64,000 bases of DNA from Hydrolagus affinis (lineage: Eukaryota), in assembly GCA_012026655.1 (NCBI GenBank), contig JAAILG010000487.1:1-64000 (forward strand), read 5' to 3'. Both the position numbers and the translations under genes were made by a program. The notes below the pieces were generated by a model. It was not told the origin of the DNA. It did no database searches and saw nothing but the letters and a program-made list of their open reading frames with translations. Shown here piece after piece: positions 47,990 to 61,060 of this stretch (position 1 is the first letter of the stretch; every line of letters begins with the position of its first letter).

Positions 47990-48680
47990 TAGAATTATAG
48001 AACTATGGATGCCATCCTGCTCACTGTTTCTTGAAAAGACACATATGAATCCCACTCGCCCACTCTCCCCACATAGCCCTGCAAACTCTCCCCACATAGC
48101 CCTGCAAACTCTCCCCACATAGCCCTGCAAACTCTCCCCACATAGCCCTGCAAACTCTCCCCACATAGCCCTCCTTCCCAAATAACAATCCACTTTTCTC
48201 TTAAAAGTTGTTAACAAATCAGTTTCCACAACCCTTTCAGGCAACGCATTCCAGATCCAAACAACTTGCTCTACGAAAATATGTCTCCTCACCAACCCTC
48301 TGTTGACGCCTTCTGGCATGGAGGGCGCTATATAAATCGAAGTTGTTATTGTTGTTGTTTCTTTTGTAACTATTTTAAATTGTTGTCCTCGGGTTATCGA
48401 CCCACTTGCCAGTGGAAATAAGTTTCTCTGTTCACCCTATCGAATCTGCTCATAATTTTGAAAACTTCCATTACGTCTCCTCTTAATTTTGAAATCTTCT
48501 ATTAGTCTCCTCTTAACCATTTCTAAGAGAATACTCTTAGCTTTTCTAGCCTCTCCTGATAACTGAAATCACTCATTCCTGGTACCATCCCGGTAAATCT
48601 CCTTTGCACCCTCTCCAATGCCTTTCCTAAATTGTGGTGTCCAGAACTGAGCACAGTACTTTAGCTGAGGCCTAACCTGA
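47990..48680 (-). mobile_element. CR1 3' fragment containing a VNTR
   Basis: VWIWNALPERVVE...FKRKVD; matches other CR1 copies. Confidence 0.8.
48062..48172 (+). repeat. 23-bp minisatellite, 4.8 perfect copies of ACTCTCCCCACATAGCCCTGCAA
   Basis: Read directly from the sequence. Confidence 0.95.
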
Positions 48681-49529
48681 GACTTGGGTTTAATTCCCAG
48701 GCAGGGCAAAACCTTAGGCCACTTGTCTTATTCCACACGCCTGTGTTTACCTTGCGATAGGAACCTGGTTTTCAGTCAATTGGTGGATCAGCTTCTAGTC
48801 GGTAACAATCCATCAAAAGCATTTTTTTCACTCAATCATGACTGTAGTACATTGCTGTGCGCAACTGGCTGCCATGTTTTGCCCATAAAATACCCAGTGA
48901 ATCCAACTTCCAATATATTCCTTGACTTGCTTTGAGATATTGCAACGATGTGAAAAGGCTCTGTAGGATTATTATTATCTTGGGCCGCATGAGTCTAAAA
49001 ATGCTGAGGCACCGACTGCGATATATTCTGAAAATAATAATGAATTTAGAAATAGAGTATTGATATAACAGGGAAAGTGAAACAGGAAACGCCAGTTTTC
49101 CGCAAGTGATTTGTTAAAAAAAGGGGAATTTAATCATTCCATATGCTTACTATTCTTATTGTGATTAACCTTTGCATTAGAGGACCTCGTGCATTGAGCT
49201 CGCAAAGCTTTTAGAATTAAAATTGCAAGGACAGCTGACTGTGGCAGATGTTTCTTCACCCATTGCTCACTTTCAACCAGACGGTCAAGTAACAAGTAAT
49301 GTATGAAGGAACATATTTTGTCCAAAAACGTCTAACACCGCCATGGGATGTCCTCCAGACCCGAAAGCTGCTCTACAAATGTAACTGTTGTTGTTGTTAC
49401 TCCACACGCCTCTGTGTAAGTAGCGCCTTTCATGTCAGGAGGACATCCCAGGGCGCTGGACAGACTGTATTCCAGACCTGAGTTGGGTATAGGGATTGGA
49501 CAGGATTGGAGAGGGCAGGGGAAAAAGAG

Positions 49530-49990
49530 GTTCATCTAAAGCACAGTCAAAGAGTGTGGCCTTGAGGTGGGTCTTGAAGGAGATGAGAGATAGATGGAGT
49601 GAGGCGAAGGGACGAAAGAATTGCGTTCCAGAAGGTGGGGAAGAATGGCAGGGAGCGAGGCCATAGAGGGCTTTGAAGGTGAGGATCAGGATCTTGAACT
49701 GTATCCTTGTGTGATGCGAAGCCGATACAGTCGGATGAGGACAGGAGTAATATGGTCACGGAGCCTAATGCGGGAGAAGACAAGGGCTGCAGAGTTCTGT
49801 ATGATCTGCAGCCTGTGGAGGGAGGCTTTGGGGAAACTAACAGGAAAGGAATTTGTCAAGACTGGATGTTATGAATGCAGTTATGAGAGTTTCGGTGGCC
49901 TGTGGTTTGAGACAGTGGAGGAGTTGGGCAATGTTGTGGAGGTGAGGGAAGGCGGAGCAGGTCATGGCTCGGATGTGGGGTAGAAAGGAA
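49530..49990 (-). mobile_element. L2 fragment
   Basis: Homologous to 3510-4170. Confidence 0.7.
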
Positions 49991-50577
49991 ACTACCTACT
50001 CAGGACAATAACTATACAGGAATTGCCAACATGCAATATTCCAGCACTTCAATCAAGAGTGGCCATTTGCAGTTGCAAATAACAAATAAATGGAGGAAGG
50101 AGAGAGGGGGGAACATCTTGGAAGCCAATCAAATAGCAAACAGTATCAGGGAAAGAGGACACAAGGGTGTTGAATTATACTCTGATGAGCCATCACACAA
50201 CCTGGTAGTCTGGGCATCTAACCCAGAAACACACTGATCGTAAAAACACTAAAAATAATTCTTGCATTTGATACTATTTATTTTTCACGTTGAGAGCAAA
50301 GATTTTCATAGAATTAGCTGCAAGCTGCAGTGACTGTATATTATGTAGACAAACGCAGTAGCCACTTTGCCCACAAGTAGCTATGTAGTGAAATACCAAT
50401 ATTATCGGGGGTGATTGTTGGTAAGGACACTGGGAGTAATTCCCATCTAAAGGAGCTCTGAAATCCCGAGCAAGCAGAGACTCACTTTAATGTGTCATCC
50501 GAAGGGCAGCATCTCTTATATGAGAGTGTCAGCTGAGATAAATCGAGTGCTACATCCCAGCTGAGCCGTTATTACTA

Positions 50578-50835
50578 AAATAATAATCCTTATATTTCAT
50601 ATAGCGCCTTATCACATCGTTGAGACGTCTCAAAGCGCTTCATAGAATGTACTGTAAAGTGAAGTGACTATTTGTGGGCGAAATGCTACAACCAATTGTG
50701 CACAGCAGTGTCCTCAAATAGTTGTGGATTGAGTGACCAAATTGGTTATTTATGTATTTATTTTATGAGATTATTCTTTTCACTGGAAAGTGATCCACCA
50801 ATTGACAAGCAACTGAGGTCCTACTTACTGCTTGG
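50578..50835 (-). mobile_element. SINE copy
   Basis: Tail and core. Confidence 0.8.
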
Positions 50836-51489
50836 TAACCAGAGACTCCGGGAACCACACCTGCATCACCTCACAACACAACTGTCTTACCTGCACCAGA
50901 ATTATTCTCCACAACAAACTGACGCGTGGTTTGCAACAGTGCCCTTCACTGAAGGGCCATTTCTACCAGGTCCTGTCCTTTGATTGCCTTTCTGCCTGAC
51001 ACTCACACGCAACTCTTGTATTCGGAACAGCTTCGATGTCTGTCAAACCAATTTCATCAACTGCAGCTACAGAATAATGAAACTAAGTGCAATCCTTTCT
51101 TGTCAGTTACCATCAATCTCCCTCCGCGGGTTCAGCCTTGGCTGCCACTCCACAATATTTAATACCAGTGTCTTTACAGTCTCCATCTCTGAATCACCAG
51201 TAGTTACACCAGTACAACATTCTGGCCTGAACTCTCCTTCCTGGCAAACTATTCTAGTTGTTTATTTTCCTCTGAGTCAAGGAATATTGCCTGTAGTCCA
51301 TCCTCAAATTACCCTCTGCAACTCTAACCTTGTGTCCTCTTGTTCTGCTGTCCCGATCAACGTCTCGTCTGTTCAGGTGGATATCAAACATCCAGGAGCA
51401 TAGTTGAGACAAACAGGACGGAGAGGATCAAAGTGGGAATCTAGGAGAGGGGGATACTGTACAAGGGTTGCAACCTCGTGTGGACGATA

Positions 51490-51870
51490 AATAATAATAA
51501 TACTAATAATAATTCATGCATTTGCAGTTCACATCATTAAGATGCCGCAAATCGCTTCACAGGATAAACTCAGAAGTGAATTGACAGTATATTTTGTGGA
51601 TAAAACGTGGCAGCCAATTGCACACAGTCATGGATTGAGTGACTACATTTTTTAGGGGCGAGGGTTAATTACCCTGTAAAAGCAATCCACCAATCGGCTA
51701 CCAACCGGGATCCTACTTTACTGCTTGGTAAGCAGTGACGTGCGGAGGAAGGAAACTTGCCGAAGGTGAAACCTGATGAAACTTGCCTAAGGAAACTTTA
51801 TTCCCAGAAATCGAACTTGCGTCATCTTGCCTGCGAGGCGAGTACTCTAATCATACGCTATGAGACTCCA
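51490..51870 (-). mobile_element. SINE copy (diverged)
   Basis: Tail, core and head. Confidence 0.7.
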
Positions 51871-52240
51871 CAAATCACGTGTGGAATAATCTGGTTCAGA
51901 GAGCAAATGATCAGGTCACTTACTAAAGCGCTGATCTATACGATAAACACCGGCACAGACCAGTTGGGCTCAATATTTTGTGTCTGTTTGATTGTACTGA
52001 ACATAATTCCCTCAGTGCTTTGTGACACAAGAATGAACACTTCTATTCGAGGCAAAATGAATGCATCTGAATGCTTTACTCTTTGTCTTGTGCGTGGTGT
52101 GGAGCAGACTCCCTCAAGTGAAGGCAGGAGATAAACTCTTACGTTTAGTACTGTTTATCCCAAAGCTGCGGAATTTGTCTTGTGACAACTGAGATCTGTG
52201 TCCACAGACGCAACTACACGTCCCAGTACAGAGTGAGCAT

Positions 52241-52503
52241 AAATAATAATAAGAAGAATCCTAGCATTTGATATAGCACTTTTCACATCTTTTCGACGTC
52301 TCAAAGCGCTTCACAGAATAGACTGTAAAGTGAATTGACTGTATATTTGTGGGCAAAACGCAGCAGCCAATTGCGCACAGCAGCGTCCTCCACAAACAGT
52401 CGTGGATTGAAAATGACCCATTTTTGTTATGGTTTTTGGGGGAGGGATTATGATTAGGCCTGTGGAGTAAGTCAGGAAACTTGCCCAAGGTTTCGCCCTG
52501 ATC
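52241..52503 (-). mobile_element. SINE copy, head truncated
   Basis: Tail and core close to the family consensus seen in this window. Confidence 0.85.
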
Positions 52504-52529
52504 TGAGCGCACGGCAAAATGACACTGCG

Positions 52530-52650
52530 CATACCACACACACAAACCACAGATACACAAACACACACACCACACACACCAGACACAAGGATACATGTAC
52601 CTCACACACACACACTCACACACAATAGACACATCACACCACACTCACAA
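52530..52650. repeat. Degenerate CA-rich low-complexity tract
   Basis: Read directly. Confidence 0.85.
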
Positions 52651-53774
52651 CAGGTCCCTTGCTGTTTGTGGACTGGTATCAAGCAGGTTTACTTTGAGAG
52701 ATGTTGCTGCCAGCAGCATAAAAGTCAACAGAACTCAATAGGAATTGTTCCCAGGTACAAAGTCCGGGTACAACGAAACCAGAAGGCAAATGGAAACAAG
52801 GAGATGTCTGATTACTTTTCTCTGGCAACTCCAATAAAGTAACTAGATATGTTATAATAAACACTGTAATAATAATCCTTACATTTGATACAGCACGGTA
52901 TTGCGTTAATGAGACATCTCTAACGCTGTAAAGTGGATTAACCATATCAACAAAAAGCAATGTTCCGCTTTTTGTTCTTTATCAACCTCCGAGCGCTTGA
53001 GAGGTTGTTCTACAACCGCTCCCAAATTCTTTCCACTGGCTCGCCTCACCCTTGTCCCTGTGTGCTGTGCTTCGTGTACTTTGTTGTAATCTTTGTGATT
53101 TATCCGCATGATGTGGCTTCGGGTTCTGTTCCAATCTCCCATTCAACGGCACTTCCCTTATCTCATTCTGTTGGTTTCTCTGAACAGTTCTGTACTGACA
53201 AGCAGAAGGGGTGCGGCTGAGGTGGGAGGCAGGACATGGAAGAGAAACACTCGGAAAGCAGAACTGAGACACTCCTGAACAATAACTGCTTGATTAGATT
53301 TGACATCATGCCTTTCCACATGGTCAACCTGCCTCAAAGTGCTTCACGAGATTTAACGTAACGTGTTGTGACTATGTATTTGCAGGTGAACAAGGCAGCC
53401 AATTTGCACACAGCAAAGACCCCACAAAGAGCAATGAAGAAGGTGGAACAATTTTATCATGGGATTGTTGGCTGCCTCCTCTTTTCAAACAGTGCCATGG
53501 AATCTTTCACATCCTCGAGAGAAAGCAGAAGGGATTTCAATTCAAGGGTACCAGCCTAGACTATGATGTGGCCTTAAACACACCATCTTGCTGATTTAGA
53601 GTCGAGAGTATTACCAGCTGAACCTAGCATATCCAGGCAGAGAATTGGGGGGAGAGAATTAGAAAGGAATCCAGAGCAGAAGCCAGAAGTTTGTGTTAAT
53701 TCTGTATGATAGATGGTGATATGAAGACATTTTGGCAGCTGAGTGTCTCAGTCAAGGAAGATCGAAAACACTTT

Positions 53775-54150
53775 ATAGAATCATAGAATTATGCAGCACA
53801 TTGTGTCTGTGCCAGCTCCCCCCGCTCTCTCCCCATCGCCCAGCAAACTCATCCTTCCCAAACAATTATCTATTTCTCTCTTAGAAGTTGTTATTGGATG
53901 GGCTTCCACACCCTTTCAGGCAATGCCTGCCAGATCCCAACAACGTGCTTTGGGAAAAAACCTCTTCTCACCTCCCCTCTGTTTCTTTTAATGACTGTTT
54001 TAAATCAGTGTCCTCGGGTTACCGACCTACCAACTCGCCAGGGGAAACAGTTTCTCTTTGTTCACCCTATCGAATCCCCTCGTCATTTTGAAAACTTCGA
54101 TTAAGTCTCCTCTGAACCAGACAGAATTATCCTAGCTTCTCTAGCCTCTC
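53775..54150 (-). mobile_element. CR1 3' fragment
   Basis: ATAGAATCATAGAAT tail; homologous to 16848-17250. Confidence 0.8.
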
Positions 54151-55169
54151 ATTGAAAATCTCATTGAAAGTAGTATCTGCCATTATTATTATTATGTGAG
54201 TGTAAGAGAAAACAATTGCAATCATTTTTTCCTAAAGAGGAAGAACGTCTGGTCTCCTGATAAGGTGCTCAGTGACAGCTACAATTGTTGTCTTTTAACA
54301 ATAACAACAAACAGAATAACATTTGCAGAGATTATGGCTGATCTTCTAACCTAATTCAATTTACCCACCCTATCCCCATATCCCTTAATCCCTCTGTCCT
54401 TTAGAAATTTATCAATCTCAGTTTTGAATACGTTTAAGAACTATGAACATTGAATATGTTTAAACATGATTTCTCTTTCACACTTTAACTAAACCGATCG
54501 ACCCGAACTGAACCAATCCCCTTCTTAATACTAAACTTAAAAATCACACTCCATTCTTCTGCACTTACTTACACGGGCACTGACTTCTGTCAAATGTTTT
54601 TTCTGTGGTGTTTTACTGCAATGAACAGCCCTGAGTGTATATTTGTTATCAAATGTTGTTGTCTGCACCATGGAAACATTGTAGTGTTCTCAAAAGTGAT
54701 ATTTAAAGTACGACGGCTCCATTTACACCGTTGCATGTTCATAAAAGAATGACTCAAAGCGTTCAAGTACAAGAAGCAGGAAGGATTTATAATAATAATC
54801 ATTGCATTTGATACAGGCCTTGCGTATTCTCAGACACTCGCTACCAAAACCCCAACATCCGTCTACATTCAAAATCTTCCAAAGATTTCGACAATCCAGT
54901 TGAAGAATATATTTACACACAAACCAATGGTTTCTGTATATAAATATGCCCAATGAAAGATGGAGATTCTTCTACACTTAGCTACTGTTAAACCCACAAG
55001 CACAAGTCTGGAAAGTTTGGGTGATCAGTGCTGCAGAAGCAGCAGTAAACCTGCCAAGTGCTTTCAATTAGCTATGCAGGTTTAGCTGATTAATATCCAC
55101 CATTTACTGTAAATGACACTCTGCCTGTGTCCCCATGGGGTGCATTCCGCTCCAGACACAGGGAGCTTC

Positions 55170-55600
55170 CATCCCAATCCATTATGCAAATACCTTGTTG
55201 GTCGGCCTCCCCAATGCCTCCCTGCACAGGCTGCAGTTAATCCAAAACTCTGCGGCCAGTGTCCTCCACCGTTCCAAACTCCGTGACCCCATCTCCCCCA
55301 ATCTTTGCCCGACTCCATCGGCTCCCCATCACCCAGAGGATCCAATTCAAGATCCTGGTCCTTACATATAAAGCCCTCCACAACCTCCATCTGTGACCTC
55401 CTATCCCCTTACCAACCTGCTCAGCAGGCTCTGGCCTGCTCCATGTCTCCCGATCCACCCGCCCAACCATTGGTAGGCGAGCCTTCAGTCACTCTGCCCC
55501 CAACCTCTGGAACTCCCGAAGTCCCTCCACCTCGCACTCTCTCTGGCCTCCTTCAAGTCTAGCCTCAAGACTCTCCTCTACAATGGTCCCATTAGCGACT
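55170..55600 (+). mobile_element. L2 3' fragment
   Basis: YANTLLVGLPNASLHRLQLIQNSAA. Confidence 0.75.
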
Positions 55601-55742
55601 CCTTCCCCCACCCCCACCCCCTTGGCCTTAGCTCGGGTCTGAAGCAGTAACCTGCCAGAGAGCAGGAAAACTGTTGGAGGGGGGAATGGAAATGAAGCTC
55701 ACAGGGCTGAGAGAAAAAACTCAACAATAATGGTTTATCCCC

Positions 55743-56330
55743 TGGAGACCCACAGCACTGAGGTTAGAGCACTTGCCTCACAAGCAATAGGACCCTGGTT
55801 TGATTCCTGGGAGGGGTGAAACTTTCACCAAGTTTCTTTAAGCTACACACCTGTGTTTACCTGGTGGTAAGTAGAAACTTTTACAATCTGTTCTATGAAG
55901 AATGGTTGTTAGTTGAATGACAGATTGTTTTGGGGGGTAATAATCCCTCAAAAAAAATTCTTTACTCAATCGACTACTGTTTGATGGATTAGTTGTGTGT
56001 GTGCTATTAGCTGTCATGTTTCGCCCACAAAATACACAGTCAATCTACCTTACAATATATTTCTGACAAAGTTCTGAGAATGATCGTGGACCCGAAACGT
56101 TGACTCACTTTCCTTTCTCCATGGATGCTGCCTGACCTGCTGAGTTTTACCAGCAACTTCTGTTTCAGTATCTGTAGTATTTTCTGTTTTCTTTACAATA
56201 TATTTTGTTCATTTACAGGATATAAGAGGCTATGAAACGCAATGATTATTATCAGTATATTCTGTCAAGCATTTTGAGACGTCTAGAAGATATGAAAAGC
56301 ACAATATCAAATGCAAGGATTATTATTATG
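55743..56330 (+). mobile_element. SINE copy with nested insertion and duplicated tail
   Basis: Head at 55743, core near 56000, tails at about 56210-56250 and 56255-56330. Confidence 0.75.
56063..56192 (+). mobile_element. Short Penelope-like retroelement with degenerate hammerhead core, nested in a SINE
   Basis: CTGAGAA...GACCCGAAACGTT followed by GATGCTGCCTGACCTGCTGAG; 13-bp TSD TTACAATATATTT at 56050-56062 and 56193-56205. Confidence 0.65.
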
Positions 56331-59039
56331 ATTTATTGTTGAGTGGTGGGAGCGGACATCACAGGCCTCAATGCCTGTTTTTTTGGCTCCTTGTAACTAT
56401 ATACAGTATGTAACACAGTGGATTCAGGGAAGTTGGAAGTTCCCAGTGCTTTGGTGATACCTTTGATACAGGCTTGTGAATGTTTAGTCTTCCGTGCGTA
56501 AACAATGACATAAATTGGGTGGTCAAGGCTTGTGTATGTGTAACAAAACCAGGACAAAAATAGGACGTGGCCTTTTCCCATTCCCTAAACAGACAGCAGA
56601 AAATAAATGTTTTCAATGTAGCCAGTAGCCCTCTAAGTTTCACTGCAGTGATATTTCCAAAAGGTCATTATGATGTGGACAGCTCTCTGTGATGCAGGCA
56701 TGACCGGAGCGGATTTCACAGCTCTGTGGAAGTCCTACAGAAACGTATGTCACAATTTGGATGGAAACATTTGAGGAAGTAGAAACTTCCAACCGTGCTA
56801 ACTTAGGTCAACATCAAGCTCAGGGTCATTGCAAAAAATACCAAAGTTCTGTATTCGATCATTTCTCTTTTTCTCCAAACTTCAGGTCAATGTATTTTTA
56901 AAAATAATAATCCTACATTTGACATAGGGCCTTTCATGTCAGGGGGACACATTAAAGCTTTGTGTGGTTTATGATGTAAAGTGTACAACACAGTGGCACA
57001 GTCACTCCCATGTCTGAAACCAGGCCAGGGTTGATGGGTTGCAAATCTCCTTTCTCAAAACAGGGTTCTCACTAAAACAAGCAAACCATGGTAATCTCAA
57101 ACAAATTTCCAACGGATGAAAGTCCACTGGCCAATAACCCGTGGTGTATTTACTGTCACACTCAAAGGGTCAAATAAGTGCTGGGGTAAGTCACACTGCT
57201 GCCAAAGGAAAGGGGAGATACCGTGCTGGGGCGGAGAGAGGGCATTACTCTGCTCCTAATCTCTGTATTACGTCAGAGAATGATTGTTGGTGAAACTCGA
57301 TAACAGATTTTGTGAAATATCCCATGTGGCATCACCGATGCTCAAACATTGAAACGCAATCCCAGCACCTGTTCAGCTGAACAATTTACTAGAGGTCTAA
57401 AGTAGTGCAATACCTCTCTTAATGTATTACAGTCTGTCTAGACTGTCTCTCTGTACTGCTGTACAGGTTTAAAGTGTTGCAATCTTTACATCCCAAATTC
57501 AAGCATTTATTATTATTACTACTTGCTGTGGAGGTTTACAGTTTTGCAATCCCTGCATCCAGCTGCAGAGTTTTGAAGTTTTGCAATCCCTCTTTCCTGT
57601 AGCCAACGGTTAAATGATTACAAATGCTCTATACTGCTGTACACTACAGACATTTAAAATGCTCCGATTCCTCGCCTATTCAATTTCTCACTTGAAAGGA
57701 ATGTATCTGGATGGCCACATGAGGCTGTTATTCGGGTCAACAAGAAAGGCCAACTGGGGCTACTCCCAAACAGTGGAAAGAATTTAGTTGTTGAAATGAT
57801 TTAGGCAGAAAAAAATGAATAACAGATTATGGAATTATTTCCTAAACTTAAGTGATTCAGTGATATGCCAACCAGGCAGGACCTGTTATTCATAGAGCAA
57901 CGGACCAGACACTACTCAAAACAGAAACTGGGAAGATATCTTCAAGGGATGTTGCGTGTTAAAAAGCTTTCCCAACCTCTCTCAGTACTTGGAATAGAAA
58001 CAATGGAACTGCAGCAAATCCATCCCTCCACATTCCAAGTCAAACGGTATCAATGTGGTTTCCAAAGTATTGATAAAATAGTATATTTTGTGGTGTGAGA
58101 CACAAAGAGATTGTGACATCGTTTCTCCTGGTGCATCCTGTTCACTGTGAAGTGGTTTGCAGCCACACACACACACGAGTTTAATTTCGGTCCATGGCAC
58201 AATAACGCAGTTGAATGGTGGACTCACTCCCCTAAAGGTCTGATCCTCACCAATCTGTGAAACCTGAAATCGATTTCCACCCAACAAAAAAAAACCGAAA
58301 TAAATCCAGGTGGACGGGAATCTGGTTACATACAAAAATAGTCCTTGCCTTTAATGTACTGCCTCATCACACTGTCGAGACATCTTAAAGCATTTCACAG
58401 ATGATACTGTAAAGTGAATGTACTGTATATTTTGTGGGCAAAACATGGCACCCAAGTAAAGCCTCTAGAAAAGGGGTTGGAGATCATAGAGATAGGGAAG
58501 TGGAAAGGGTATGATGGGGATGACAGGTGCCAAGGTTGAGGTTTGGCAATGGTTTGAGAGACAGAGAGAGAGAGAGAGAAAAAGGCTGGGGAAGCTGAGG
58601 AGGTCAGAGCCAAAAATGAGGACAGGAGCTTCCATCGTATCTGCATGGAGCTGCAAGAGATTGTGACTGTCAGATCTGACAGACTATCAGGGGACCTGGA
58701 GTCAAGAGTTGAAGTGGAAAAGTAAGTTTCAGTGTTAACTGCAAACATGGAAGTTAACTGCTGATGACATTGCCAAGGAAAAGGAGGGCCAATGATAGAG
58801 CCCTGGGTTGCTCTGCAGGTGACAAGCAAAGACAAGAGGAATAAGCATTAGAGGATTGCTGTGGTCAGAATGCATCCTTGTTGACTGGACGATAAGGAGA
58901 ATAATGGATTCATTGAGTTTGGTGCAGGAGAAGATGTGTGCTATGGAATTCTATATCATCTATATCATTTTGTAACAAATTCAGTTCAATCCTCAGCTCT
59001 CCTTCCTTCCTTACATTCAATCACCCACACAATATCCAG

Positions 59040-59515
59040 TCAATTCACTTTACTTTGTGAAGTCTGTTTGTGCATCGCTTTTTTTGACGTCAAGAAAAGA
59101 CGTAATAATGGGCTGTACCAAATGCAAGGATTATTATTATTGTACTTATACAGCACACTTCAGTTACCCTGCAATACATCTCCCAAACAAAACAGTCTCT
59201 TTCCTTTCTGAAGCAATTAAAATAATAATAATAATCCTTACACTTGACATGGAGCTTCATCACACCATTGAGACGTCCCAAAGCGCTTCCCAGACTATAT
59301 TGTAAAGTGTATTGACTGTAATTTGTGGGTGAAACACTGTCCCACAAACAGCTGTAGACTGAGTGACCACATCTTTTTGTTTTAGGAATCATTTCCCCCA
59401 GAAAGAGATCCGCCGATTGACGAACAACAGGTTCCTATTTACCACCTGGGAATCACACCCGGATCCTATCGTTTGCAAGACAAATGTACTAATCACACTT
59501 CACTACCGGACCCCA
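59040..59515. mobile_element. Tail-to-tail SINE pair (59040-59142 plus; 59220-59515 minus)
   Basis: Oppositely oriented tails. Confidence 0.7.
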
Positions 59516-60299
59516 CAAAACTCCCTCCACGAAGAGTCTGTCCCACAGCCTGTGAGCGTATTTACCGACCTTCCAATCTCTCACACTGTATGAGGCTGTT
59601 TCATTTTAAATTTCCAGTTTCAATCTCCATATCTCAGGCTCATCAAACAGGCTCATCTGTCCCTTCACAGTCACACCTCTCATGAGTTTGACAATGTAAA
59701 GAAATCTGAAGTTGAGCACCAGTGAACGGGTGTGAGGAGACAGTTATAATAATAATACTAATCCTTGCATTTGATATCGGGCTTTTCACCTCTTCTAGAC
59801 GTCTCAAAGCGCTTCACAGAATATACTGACTGTAAAGTGAATTGACTGTATATTTGTGCACGAAATGCTCAGAGATGAAAGCCTGGGTTCATGGCAGTGT
59901 TTACTCTTCTCGTTTTATTCTGTAATGCCGCGATAAAGTCATCGGGTCAAGTCGGTTCTGTTGGGTGCCCAGCCTGAGAGAACCAAGGTATTCCGGTCTC
60001 TCTCTCAAACACCTTAGTGACTAGACGTTAAAATGAAATATATATATTTTTAAATTAAGTGGCCACACTCTCTGAAACTCCATCCCCGAATCCCTCTGCC
60101 TCTGCCTCACCCCCTCACCTTCTTCAAGGCCCATCTCAAGACCTTCCTCATTGGACCTTCGTCCACTCTCCTACTCCCAGAACCCTAGACTATAACTCAC
60201 TTGATTCCAATCCCAGTTAGGTCCAAATCCATGGCTGTCCAGCTCTTTGGGACGCCTTTCCCACATGGAAGGTGTTATATAAATGTCATTTGTTGTTGT

Positions 60300-60530
60300 T
60301 GGCTGCGAAACGGCCGGGCGGGGAGACAAACCAGGGCGACACTAAGCTCCCTCGCCTCTCGCGGTTAACAGATACGGACACTGTCGTCTTGGTACGTTCA
60401 GGGACCATGGACTTGGCAGCGTGTGTGGGAATGTCATCGGACACGTACGTCACACGTGGGGTTAATGAAAGCCCAGACGCCTGAGCGCGATGAGCCAAAC
60501 CCCGCTGGTACCCTGGGTGGGCGGGGGGGG
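60300..60530. promoter_or_regulatory. CpG-rich patch with GC boxes, CRE-like site and E-box
   Basis: GGGCGG at 60316 and 60519; TACGTCA at 60446-60452 abutting CACGTG at 60453-60458; visibly more CpG than the surrounding DNA. Confidence 0.45.
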
Positions 60531-61060
60531 TTTGGGAGAATGGAGAACACAACACAAACATGTCAGACAGACTCACACCCTTAAACAAGTCCAGGGGGAG
60601 ATTTTCTTGTGCGAAGCTGTAAGAGAAAGGCTGACAGAGATCCAGGTTCCCCTGGGGAGAGGGAGGGTGGTGTGGGGGTAGACAGACACACAGACAGACA
60701 GTCAGTCAGTCAGACAGACAGATGCCACACTCCACACCCAACTGGGTAAATCCAATGTCTCTTCTTTCCTATTGAATTCCTTCACTGGATCTTCAGCCAC
60801 AAGTTAAACAATCCCTGGCTTCTGATCACAGCTCACTGTGGCAGCCTCTCTCTCTCCGTCTCTCTCTGTTACACATCCTATATAGCATTCCATTAATTCC
60901 TAGTGTTTCTCTCTCTCTCTGCACCAACCCACACTCCAGCACCTCCCACCCACCATCACATATGTTGTAAAGACAAGTTTGTTTAAAACGCAGGGGTTGG
61001 GGGGGGAGAGGGGAGGGAGGGAGGGGGGAGAATGAAAGATACACAAGTGTGTGAGCTCAC

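Noticed and set aside
48062-48172. CRISPR-like array
   Set aside because: Repeats are contiguous with no spacers, there are no cas genes, and the DNA is vertebrate.
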